From NCBI GenBank assembly GCA_051362555.1, contig CM120640.1, positions 36,537,967 through 36,601,966 of the forward strand: a stretch of DNA of 64,000 bases, read 5' to 3'. The notes under the pieces are model-generated. The model did no database searches. It saw nothing but the letters and a program-made list of their open reading frames with translations, and was not told the DNA's origin. Positions 39,371-51,881 of this stretch are shown here, piece by piece. Within the stretch, counting starts at the first letter, position 1, and each line of letters begins with the position of its first letter. Origin of the DNA: Lingula anatina. Its lineage: Eukaryota; Animalia; Brachiopoda. A program made the translations under genes and the position numbers.

Positions 39371-42300
39371 TTAAATATGGAATAAACCGTTATTCCTCAA
39401 ATTAGTATTCCATTACCTTTAATCACAATTTACGCTTTAAAAAATTCAATTGTATAATTAAATTACATTGAAATATGTATGCATTTTTTGAACCACTTCA
39501 AAAGTACGGTCTATGGAATTGGTAGACGGGATTAATATGAAAATTTAAATTCTGAACGTAAATAACTGAACGAAAAATCTAAAATTATTGGCAGTTCCAA
39601 AATTTTCTATTCATTTTTCATGATTAGATAGATTGGTCTACATGTGAAAATTTGAACTTGTAAAATTAAGAAAAAATTTTTGGGCACCATTTTAGTTCTG
39701 GATGTAAGAATCAAAAGAATGCATTTCATATCAAGTACATTGTAGGTTCTGAACGTTCGGCGCGTATCAATTTAACTTTAACCTCTGGGTCTTTTAGATA
39801 AGAAAGAAAACTCCAGTGGATAGCTCATTTATTCGGTCAAAACTGTCGTACACAAGTGTCAGATAAGTAATACAAATAATGACAAACAACAAAATTGGCT
39901 TCTCCAGTGTAAATAATAATAACAAATATTGCAGAAGTTGATTGATTAGATAATTTTACTCTTGTCTCAACTAACGTTAACGGAAAAAATTGCACTTCTC
40001 CTTTCAAGTTTGAAATTTGAGATTTACAAACACTGATAATTACGTGTCACTTTAAGTAATTTAATAGTTACACTATTATTTGAGAAAATTGGAGATAAAC
40101 TAAATGGCTTTCAAATATAATTAGATACATCTGAGCTTGTCCCAAGGTATAACTTGAAACGGATCATAATCAATACCTACTTTATAGTTTTTAAAAGGTG
40201 CGATATTGATCTTTGTATATATATAAATATATGTAGGACTAAACACTGGAAATCACAATAGCAGTATCCGCAATTTTCACCATGTAGATTGTGTGTATGT
40301 GTGTTTGCCTCTCTCTGGCTCCTAAATATGGACGGAAGGTAAGCTTCTATCAGTCGCATCGGCCTAGGAAGGGGCAGTTCTGAAAAATGAAAATAACACT
40401 CATGACAAAATGCATTGAAATTTTAACTAAGATCTGCTAAACTGAAAATGGAAAGACTTGTTCTAGTGTTGAAATGGCATTTAGGCTGGATGAACACCAG
40501 TAAATAAAGAAAAAAATGCAAAAAGTTTGTAGTTGAAGATGTGCGATTCTTCGATATTTCATAACATTTCTTGAATGTTGTAGTACACCAGCTATAAAAA
40601 GAACGACCAGGGATATACAGTCCAATACCATTAAAAGGCGTTTTCAAAGTAAATGTTCAAGCAAATGTAGCAATGCCAGCAAGGGACAGATTAAGTACCG
40701 ATTAAGGCAATTGTCTAGAAAGCATATAATCTGACGCGGACAGCAAATCTTACTTGATGAATAGTACAACAACCGTTGTATATACTTTGTGCGAAAAACT
40801 ATTAAGTTACTACAAAAACCAAACAAAAAAACATGGATATCAAGAATTTTGCATAATATTGAAAATCTTGTTTAAATTTTCCGCTGCTAATCTGCTTCAG
40901 TTGCAAACGAATTTTTTCTAGAAATTAAACGAAATACAAAAAGTTGATAATATTTGAGAAGTTTCACATTGTTACATCAAGCACAAATACTAAAGAAGTG
41001 TTTTTAAAATATGTAACAAATTTGTTCAGGCAGCAAATTTACGTACAGTGAGTCGGTGGCATTAAAGTGACAGTAAGGGAGCACCAAGAGTTATGTCAAA
41101 AATAACGTACATCTTATCTAAAATATAGCAAACCACCAAGATACATCGTTACGTTAGAATGTGTGGAAATAGAAAGATATATTTCGTGGTAATTAGAACT
41201 CATAGAAACATGAAACACATGAACGATACTTTCTTGTTGCAAAGAGCATCATAAGTATACGACTAAGGGTATTTTCAACAGTATTTCGAATTGAAAGTTT
41301 CTTGCAAATCTCGCCATATCAAATTCAAATCACAACAGAAGTAATGCATGTAGAACTATTTTGAGAAAAGCCGTACATACCGCATAATCGAATTATGCAC
41401 ATAAGACGTAACTCCTTATAAATTTCATTGTGTAGAATAAATGTTACTCACAAGACGTAGACTACTCGTTTTTGTTTCCACGCTGAATGAAACGTTCGGC
41501 TCCCCGACTTCACCACACCTATCCTGCGTCTTCTTCTTACAGGAATGTCATTCACAAGACATATTTGGTTCAACGCTAAATGAAATCTTTGGCTCTCCGA
41601 CTTCACCACACCTATCCTGCGTCCTCTCCTAACAAGATCCAGCAGTCAAGTGACTGCACTGAGCGGCCTATTATTATGTAAATGACAATAGGTATGGCGC
41701 ATTTTGATTGAGGGGTAACGGTAGACCTCATTCTCACAAGAAAGGCGAACTCTTGTGGGTCAATTGAGAAAAATGCTTCTTGTGAGCTCTAGAATGATCG
41801 AGATTATTTGATTTATCATTTATAAATGTCTTAAATCCTTCATAGTAGAATGTGACAAGAACTAAAAGATCGGCGTGCACCTTCAACGCTGGGAGATTAT
41901 AATTGGCTTAGAGACATGTACCTCGCTCACCTGTCTATTGTCCCAATAATGCAATGGTTGGGCTCATTTTGAATAGGGTGATATATAGAAATGCTCACCA
42001 CTTTCATATTTTGAGATACTGGATGTAGGCCTATACAGAGCAGAGAATTTGTGCAAGTTGTCATTTGTGCTCCCTGAGCTTCAGATATTGGCAAATCAAA
42101 TTGCTTTGAGCTAATTAAAATACGATGGTCTGGTTTGCGTTTCATTCTCCTACAGTGTATTTCTCGTTATTTGCGTTTGGCGCTTATGTGATTTATTGCA
42201 AGTGATCACAAGTTGCATTCGAAGACGTTTTTTTTTTGTACCATTTCACATTACGTTCTGCTGTATTATTTTGGTTTGTTCACATTTCATTCGACCGTTT

Positions 42301-42378
42301 TACGTTTTTTTTCGGCGACCGTATTTTAAGACAGGTTAGAGTATTTGCCAATAGAGGGCGTCGTGTGATAAGCCAGTT

Positions 42379-43515
42379 ATTATGTACAGACACAGATGTG
42401 TCTGTACATATTGCCATCACCTGCGTCTGTCGTCGCCGATCATGTCGCCGTCGCCGTCGCCGTCGCCGTGCACTTTCAGTGTTAACACCATAAGTGGAAG
42501 ACAGTTTTACTTTTTGGCTTTATATTTACAGAGCTGACTAATATTCATAAAACGCAGGTCAAGTTCGAAAATCAGCATGATCGGGCCATTATTGTAGAAT
42601 TTATGCTGTTTTTTCACTTTTTAGCATATATGCAACACTGTTAACACATTTCAAGGAAAACCGATAGGCCTGTTGTCATGAAACTCACAGGAGTAATCAG
42701 TCTTACTAAAACGCAGGTCAAGTTCGAAAATTGGCATGATCGGGCCACTATTTTAGTAGTTATGCTGTTTTTTCACTTTTCAGCATATATGCAACACTGT
42801 TAACACATTTCAAGGAAAACCGATAGACCTGTTATCATGAAACTCACAGGAGTAATCAATCTTACTAAAACGCAGGTCAAGTTTGAAAATCGGCATGATC
42901 GGGCCACTATTTTACTAGTTATGCTGTTTTTTACACTTTTCAGCATATATGCAACACTGTAAACACAATATAAGAAAAACAGATGGGCCAATTGTCATGA
43001 AAGTCACAGGAGTGGTCAATTTTACTAAAATGCAGGTTGAGTTCGTAAATCAGCATAATCGTGCCATTATTTCAGAAGGTATGCTGTTTTTTCACATTTC
43101 CTCAGATTCAATTTTTAGGCATATTAACAGTCTCATTATTAAACTAATAAGATACGTGAAAGTGTTTGTTTGACATTTCCTGCATCTTTACAACATTGTT
43201 AGTTGATTTTGTAAAAATGATGGTAAACATGTTATAGTGTATTGTGTAATAAAGTTTCAAATATGGAAATAAACTCATATCATTGCAGTTTGTCAGATTC
43301 AATCATTCACTATGTTCAGAATCTCAGAATGGAAGAAATTGGACATTTAACACTGCTCTATTGATATTTTTCTCATCTCATCAATTTTCTTAGTTGATCA
43401 TATAAAAATGGCAGTAAACTGTTAATTTTGTTTTATGTTAAAAATTGTTATAAATGGGGAAAAAAAAAAAACATTTCAGAACAGTGCTGTCTTGTTTACA
43501 TTTTGGCATTTTTTT
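42379..43515 (+). mobile_element. HINE-like (Helentron-associated) element, family 1
   Basis: Perfect 14-bp-arm palindrome tatgtacagacaca-ga-tgtgtctgtacata, (GTC/GCC)n microsatellite, four ~160-bp core units (aaacgcaggtcaagttcgaaaa at ~42550, 42708, 42868, 43028), unique tail shared with 52415-52835. Confidence 0.85.
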
Positions 43516-44740
43516 TTCATTATCATTTGGTGCGCTGTATTACCACTCACAACATGACAAAGTAGACGTATCTGCTTTATGGAAAAATTAAACTTTACAA
43601 AATGGATATACCTTGTGCAAGTAAAGAGCAAGTATGCGCGCTTCTTTGCTTTTAATCCATTATACAATTTTTAAAGTCGATAATTGTTGTTCAAGTGGAA
43701 CTTTACTAACATCAATCTAGCAACTTAATCACTAAAAATAATTACAAAATTTATCTGTTCTCACACACATACAAAAAAAGACGAAAACGGTCTAAAGCTT
43801 AGATCTTCGTTATGTGGAAAATAAACTTGAGGTCGAGGACAAAATGTGTCAGTAAAATAAATTCGAATCTCGTAATACCCTTCATTTTTGTTAGTATTAA
43901 TGACGCATGAATGTTATTCAAGGTTATTCTTAAAATTTTCGTTACTAAAACCTTGGTACTGAATACGAAAATTCCCCATTCCTGCAAGGCATGTATTTTA
44001 ATTTTTCCGAGATTTACACAGAAAGCTATATTAATCGTTTTATGGCACAAGATAAAGTAAAATTCTATATCTTTAACTTCATTTTTCACTTTTCTGTTTT
44101 CTTCAAATGGACCTATATCTTGAGAATAAGTGCATGAATTTAAATTCCCAGCTGTTATCGTAAGGAGTTACCAAAGCAGTCTACACAGATCCAAAAAAGA
44201 CAAGACACACTGACCGCCAAATAAAAACTGGTCACTTGTCCACTTTATGAGAATATCAATATCAACGAGCTGGCCTGTCGCCGAATATCACTTGATCGCC
44301 AACAATGGCTTTGTCCCATGTAAATTCTCCGGGGCAAATTAATGTTCAATAAAGCATAATTTTTCTCGCGGACGCTGTACATAAACTTGTTGGTTACGCC
44401 CCTCTACAACCCCCCCTCTCTCTTGTACATACACACAACATTCTTTCTCTTTATATATATAAATCATACATTTATTTTTACATCTCACTTGGCAAAATGA
44501 AATTATACAAGACCGACACTTTAATAAAAACAGCATCATTGGTCGCTTCTAAATTACCAAGATATACATTGTTAAATGTCACTTTATGCACTTTATCCCC
44601 CCCCCCTTTGGTAAAGGCTGGTAGGATGTGTTGAACCCACCATGTTGTTTTAGCACCCGGTTCGCCTTATTGTAACACAAAGTGTGTTTCAGTAAGATCT
44701 TGTATGTATTTTATCCTAGAAAGTATCCATTACCAGTCAG

Positions 44741-45415
44741 CTACAGTAATTCTCTGTCTAAGAAATTACTGGAATGTCTAGGGTGTGTTGCACTTCTATT
44801 TTGATGTTTAAAATAAATTCTGTTATTATAGTCTGTAATAAAAAAATGGCAATAAAACAATTCCTTTTTAAAACCACATATAAGTCTGTGATAATGTTGT
44901 TCAATAATCTGGTGGAGGTATATTTCTATCTGTTGTCCTATCTTATAGGCTGGTTGATGTCTGATGTTCTTGTGGTCTTTGGAGCCACTTTCATATCTTC
45001 TTTCTGTAGAGCTCTGGTATCCCTTGTTGTCTCTGCCAATAGCAGTTGGATTACCTATGTATCTGTCTCCTCTCAGCATATATGTGTTCCGGGCACAGAC
45101 ATAGCCTAAATGGGATGTTTTACTCAGGCTGGATGCCAAATTGGATTCCAAATTTTGATTTTTCCTTCAAAAAAACAAAAACAAAAAGTTAATTCCAAAA
45201 ATAAAACACTTGCATGTGTGAAAGATGTTTGTTTTCTTTACAAAATCAATTACTAATAGTACGCTACTGGGTAGTATATTTTTTGCAGATCCTAATGGAC
45301 ATAGAATGTGCAAAGGAGCTAACAAATAGTAAATCAGACATTGTCATTAATAAAATTCAGAAAAGCACATTACTCTTTCATCATGAGGCACTCAATCATT
45401 AAATGTTAAATGAGA

Positions 45416-45449
<34 letters not shown>

Positions 45450-47936
45450 GTTGACACAATAAGGCTTCCATATTTCTTTTGTACAATGAAATTGCCTTCA
45501 GATGGATGATTTTCACAGCTACTGGATGATGTTAAGGGGTCAAATAAAAGACAAAAGAAAAAAAAAACTTAAGTAAGTATTCCTTTTGTGAAGAAAACTT
45601 CAATTATTAAACATCTCTGCTTAAAAACTTGCCTTTTCTTTTGCTTAGATTTCCAATGCAGGACGTGTCTTATTGCTGCAACCACTATTAGAGTCACAGC
45701 AATAAATGACAATTGCCATCTAGTTGCTGGCATCTGACTCTGATGGTGCCTCAACTGTAATACCAGTATCAACCATTTGGTCACATGCTAAAAAGGTACA
45801 TACTTTTTGTTATTTACAGTATAATTGAAAGGTACCATTTTAAATATAATAATAATACAAACTGTATCACAATCAAAAGCAGAGAAGTATTTTACTTGAG
45901 ACTTCCAATGTTAATAAATTTCACTATTGTGCTAGAGGCTGATTCTTATATTATTAACTAATGGAAATTAAGCCAAGTTCAAGGCCACATCTATTAGAAG
46001 GCCTTTTTAAATACTTGAAAAATCACACTGCATAAGTCCTGTGCCTTCATGAAAATTTGTGGAACTTTTATTGGATTAAACTGAAATTGTAAATCAAAAG
46101 GGAATATTTTCAATGTTATATAACGTGGTAGTTATGATTTTAAAGGATACAATTATAGAAAAACTTACCATTAGGACATATTAAGTAGACATTCCTGTAT
46201 TTTCTTTAAGGGCATTTGGGAAATGGAGTTCTGTATATTAAAAAAAAAGTAACAATCACATGCATCAAGGGCTTATGAACATTTAGTCATTACATACACA
46301 CTGAGAAAGCATTGTTTTATGAGAGTGTATTATTAGACATTTGATGTAGGAGTGTGCATTCATGTGAGGGTTCTAAACATTATAATGATGTGGTGTTAAA
46401 TAATTTAATATAGTAATGAAAACTTGCAGTTTAATGTCTTAGCAAATGACATTTTTTATGTGCATTTCAAAAGGAAAAGTAGAGTAATTGCTTTAATTTA
46501 CTTTGTATATTTAAAAAAGTTATTTTGATAATTGTGTTCAAACTGTAATAACTGGATATGATCAGAGTCTAAAATGGAAATGTACCATCTTTACCTGCTT
46601 TGAGAATTCTGTCTTCCCTTGTTGTGGCATGTATAGTCATCGGCAATTCACTTGATATGCCTTCCTTGGTTGTAATAAGAAAAAGAATTTTGGCAATTTC
46701 TTTTGTCATTGCTGTTTCCCCCTCTAACTCTTGAGTTAAGAGGAAATCCTCACTGTTGGACGAGGAAATGTCATTTTTGCTCCAAGTCCACGCTTGGTTG
46801 TATCTGGAATGAACAGAGAAGGCATACCTAATTATCAATTGAAACAGTGTAGTTGTTAAACATTACATGAAACATCTAACTGTAGTGAAATGACAGGACT
46901 TGGGAGAGTGTTAACCTAGGTACAGTATATGTATTCTTGCTTTTGGGGATGAAAGCATGCATGTATGTTTTGTATTCAAGTTCTAAGTATGGAAGTGCAG
47001 TTTTAGAAGGGAAGTGACATGGATAAATGAAAACAGTGAGATGTGTTTGATATTTTTTGGCATCATTTTTGCTGGTACAACCACTGGAAGTTGCTAAATT
47101 GCATGAACATTGTAATGATGAGAACAATTTAAGTTGCACTGGGGGCAATTTTTTGAGTGAAATGAACTTAATTTCGGTGTACTTATGAACCGTTTTTTCA
47201 ACATAAATTCCTAGTAATGTGAAGTAGGTATTGACATCTATTCATGGTTTAGTTTGACATAGTAATTATGAATGGATTGATATACAGTGATATGGAATTT
47301 TTTTATTGAAATAACTTGTATAACATATAGACACTGTTTAGTATAAATTAACACAAAAAATAACAGTTCCTTACCTCCACATCTCTGCAATGACTGATGT
47401 GACATACCAGACTCTTTTCATACGAATTGAAACTGATCCTGCCTTTGAATTCAGCACAGCTGCCAACTTTAACCAGCGATTATGGGTATCATGTCTGTTG
47501 CATCTTGTACCAAAATGCTTGTCATTTTTGTGGGTTTCCCCTTGACCATTAGGTCCTTGGTAGTTTCTATCTGTAAAAAGGTAAGAAGAGAGTTCAACAA
47601 AAGAAGCTATCAATAAATAAAACGTTAGCCTACAATACTATGCATTGGTTTTGAAATGTTACTGCAAAACAGTTATTTGCAGTTCCTTTTGAAGATCCAT
47701 TGATAATCCTATACAGATGAATGCTAAGCATAAATATCTCAATATCACATCATGCTGATGAATTAACATCAGTGACAAATTTTAAACTTAAGTTTAACAA
47801 TTGTTTTGGTTTTAATTGTTATAAAAACATTTGGGACAAATAATATTATTTCTGAATATGAATTCCCAATAACACTTATTTTTGTTTTCTTTTTTTCCTT
47901 TTTTCTGTCTAATTAATGGGACTGTCTAGTTTGCTG

Positions 47937-48017
<81 letters not shown>

Positions 48018-50080
48018 AATATGATGCATGCATCTACATTGGTATGCTTGATTTTACTTTTTTAAAGGAATTAGTGAATTTAAGTAATTGTTGCAATGTG
48101 TACCTGTGGAAATCGTCAAGTCTAAACAATAATAACAGCTGTGATGTAGATGTAGAGCAAATTTGTATTAAATAGCGAACAATGTTACTGGTATGTGATT
48201 AACCTTAATTTGAGTCATTTGTTGCAACTCCATTTAAATGTGGTAAACAACTGCACGGTACGAAATGTTCATCCATTGTGGCTGATTGAAGAGATGCAAG
48301 ATGCTCTAAAGGACGCAGTTTGGTTTTCATCATTAGATTTGTGTGGTGGATATTGAAAGAAGAAGACAAAGCAAAGATGGCATTCACAGTGGGACCACTT
48401 GGATTTTATGAATGTAACAGGATGGCCACAGGATTGACCAATAGTCCAGCAATGTTTCAGCATTTGATTGGAAAGTGTTACTGGTGATTTGGTTTTAAAA
48501 ACCTGTATGAATTAACCTGATGATATTATAATTTTTTCAGGAGAATCCATTAATGAACAGATTGCTTGAGTCAGAGAAGTATTGTGTCGATTAAAAAAGG
48601 CAGGGGTGAAGCTAAAGCCTTCAAAGTGTCATTTTTTACAGAAAGAAAAAAAATTTAGGGCATGTTGTTTCAAGTGCAGGTATTGAATGTGATTCAGAAA
48701 ACAAATTGTTTGTCAGAGTGGAAGACCCCTACTAACAATAAAGAGACAACGTTTTTTAGGTTTTGCTGAGTTTAACTGTAGATTTGTTAAGGACTTCGCA
48801 AAAATAGCAAAACCTCTCTATGAGTTCACAAAAGAGGAACAACGAAAGAAGGGAGCTGCCCATTGGGTATGGAAGGAGGAGCACCAAAAAGTATTCGAAA
48901 TGTTTATAGAAAAACTTACTAATCCTCCCATTTTATGCTATCCTTTAACTAATGATGAAATAGGACATCAAGGTAGGAATTGTACACTTTCAATTGTAAA
49001 AGAACATTTTTTTTCTGGCCAGGAATGAATCACTTTGTAAGTGAGAAATTAAAAATGTGTAGACAACATGGTGGAACTGTCAGCATTGGAGGCAGGACAA
49101 TCACTAACCTGCGGTTTGCCCATGACATTGACGGGTGGCCGGGGAAGAACAGAAACTGGCTGACTTCGTAGCAAACCTAGACAAGACATCGGCAGCATTT
49201 GGTATGGAGATCAGTGCAGAAAAGACCAAACTGATGACAAACAGCAGTAATGGCATCAGCACTGACATCAGAGTGAGAGGAGAGAAACTTGAAGTGGTCA
49301 ATATTAAAGTTCAAGTATCTTGGGTCAGTCGTATCAGATGAAGGATCAAAACCAGAAATCCTGTCAAGAATAGCACAAACAACAGCAGCGATGAACAAAC
49401 TGAAGATCATCTGGAATGACAGGAGCATTACACTCAACTCAAAAATCAGACTAATGGGCGCCCTGGTGATCTCGATATTCTTGTATGCATGGTCATGGAC
49501 ACTGACAGCTGAGTTGGAAAAGAAGATAAAAGCTACAGAGATGAGATGCTTCAGAAAGATCCTTGGAATCACGGACAGAGACCACATAACCAATGAAGAG
49601 GTACAGAACAGAATCAAGCAAGCCATTGGCCCATATGAAGATCTTTTGTCCATTGTGAAAAAAAAAAGGAAACTGAAGTGGTACGGCCATATGTTTCACG
49701 ATTATCAGGACTCGTCAAGACAATCCTGCAAGGCACAGTGGAAGGAGGCAGAAGGTGAGGATAACATCCGCTAGTGGACAGGCTTGCCACTCTATGAGGT
49801 TATGAGAAGGATGGATGATCGAGATGGATGGAGGGCTCTGGTTGCCATGCAGTTCGTCTGTTGTGCCCCTACGGTCGTCAGACTATGGGACAGATAGATA
49901 GCTATGTAGATAGATAGACAACATAAATTGGTAAAAAGCCTGCACTTACCTGAGCGCACAACAATGGGGCATTTAGTTGCATCGCAACCGTGTTTATGGA
50001 TTTCCTCAGCCTGGAAGAGCACAAAGGTAGAGTAAGTAACATTCTTGTGCTCACAGGTGTTTTTACCCAATACACATGGG

Positions 50081-50151
<71 letters not shown>

Positions 50152-51842
50152 GAATCATGCAGTCAGCTTTAACAACTGCAAGAGTCCTATATTTGACAAT
50201 TTCATGATTGCCAATAGATTTCCCTTGTGATAACACAGTGACAAGTGGATCATACTTTATAAATACCCCTCTTGCACAAATCTTTTTTTTTAATTGACTA
50301 TCTCTGTAAGCTGAAGTACACTGTACCCATGTTTGTTCAATGCTATATTATTCAAATCCATATTATTGGGAGTGAGAGCAAGTTGTACAGTCTTCAGGTA
50401 TTAACTAATCAATAATACCCATATTGTGCTGTATGTTTACAAATGTAAAGAAGATCAATAATTATCATTTTGATACTTAACTATTTTCTGTATTGCCTAG
50501 AGTTAAGTGTTTAGGCACATCGGTTAACTTTATGCCACATTGTTCTCTGAAATTTAAAAGTATGCAGAAAAAATAATATATAACAAACAAACAGTGTTAA
50601 TGTTAAGCTATTTTAATGCACAGCAGTCTGTGTCACAAACTTTCATCTCACTGGCCTCTAGGACCACCAGCTACTTATCAGGATTTACTGCCCCAAACAG
50701 AAATTTTCGATAAGACTGCACTCTACCCAATTTCATTAATATTTTATTACTATTAAAATAGTAGCAAAAGATTGTAGCACTTGATTTTGTCAATTTTTTT
50801 TTTCTTTTAAATTTAGAATAATAAGTACATTCCAGACAAATACTAATCAAAGATCTTTATTTTGGAAACTTCAAGGAAAAAAAAATACTGGTCCAAACAA
50901 AATTTAACCAGTCAAGTCAGTAGTTAGCATGGTTGACTGTTAATGTTATCTATTTCTTGAATATTTATTTATTCATTATACATGTTTTAATATATACATT
51001 TTTTACTGTTATTAATATTTTTTAACATGATTGGACTTACAATATGTATGGATACACCCACAACAGCAACAGAAGAGGTTGTTTTTCGAGTTCAAAATGG
51101 ATCCTTTCTGCTGTGGGCACTTAGAATCTGTGTATTTAGTAGATGTAGGTGTTAGAACTTCGTTTACTGCGGTAATCAGATGTTTGTTGCCACTTCCATG
51201 CCTAGAAAACAGATTTATATAGTGTTATGTAGTGATAAGATCTAATATACCGTTTATTAGATCTTAGTGTAGTGCATTGTGCATTGCAGTAGATAGGATG
51301 TGTTTGTGCTCAAAGGGATGCTGTAAGGCGGGGTAGTTCCGGTTGGAGATGGACCATGCGGTTATATTAAAGCTTGACCTGCGTATTATGAATATTCATC
51401 AGTTCTGCAAGTTTCAAATCAAAAGGCAAAATGGTTTTCCACTTATCGTGTTATTGGTAAAAGTGCACGGCCACGGGGACGACGACAGCGACAGCGACGA
51501 CAGACGCAGATGATGGCTATATGTACAGACACATCTGTGTCTGTACATAAAAACAAGTAATTTTTTAAAAAATGGCCAGATCATGCTGATTTTCGAACTT
51601 GACCTGCATATTATGAATATTTATCAGTTCTGTAGGTTTAAATCTACAAGGCAGCAATTGTTGATTATTATTATTGTCCTCTTTGGCCCACTTCTGACAG
51701 TTCCTGAAAATTTCAGCAAAATCGGTACATAACTTTTTGAGTTATGTTGATGACAGACAAACAGGGGTGAAAATATAACCTCCTTGGCAGAGGTAAATAT
51801 AATTCCAAAGAAGCTGCTATTCAAACTTTTAATCTTTGAGTT

Positions 51843-51881
<39 letters not shown>

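Noticed and set aside
27336-40012. Possible ~21-bp inverted ends aacttgaa(g/a)ggagaagt(t/g)ca enclosing 12.7 kb (Kolobok-like)
   Set aside because: Short match, no clean TTAA TSD, similarity does not extend; could be two unrelated fragments
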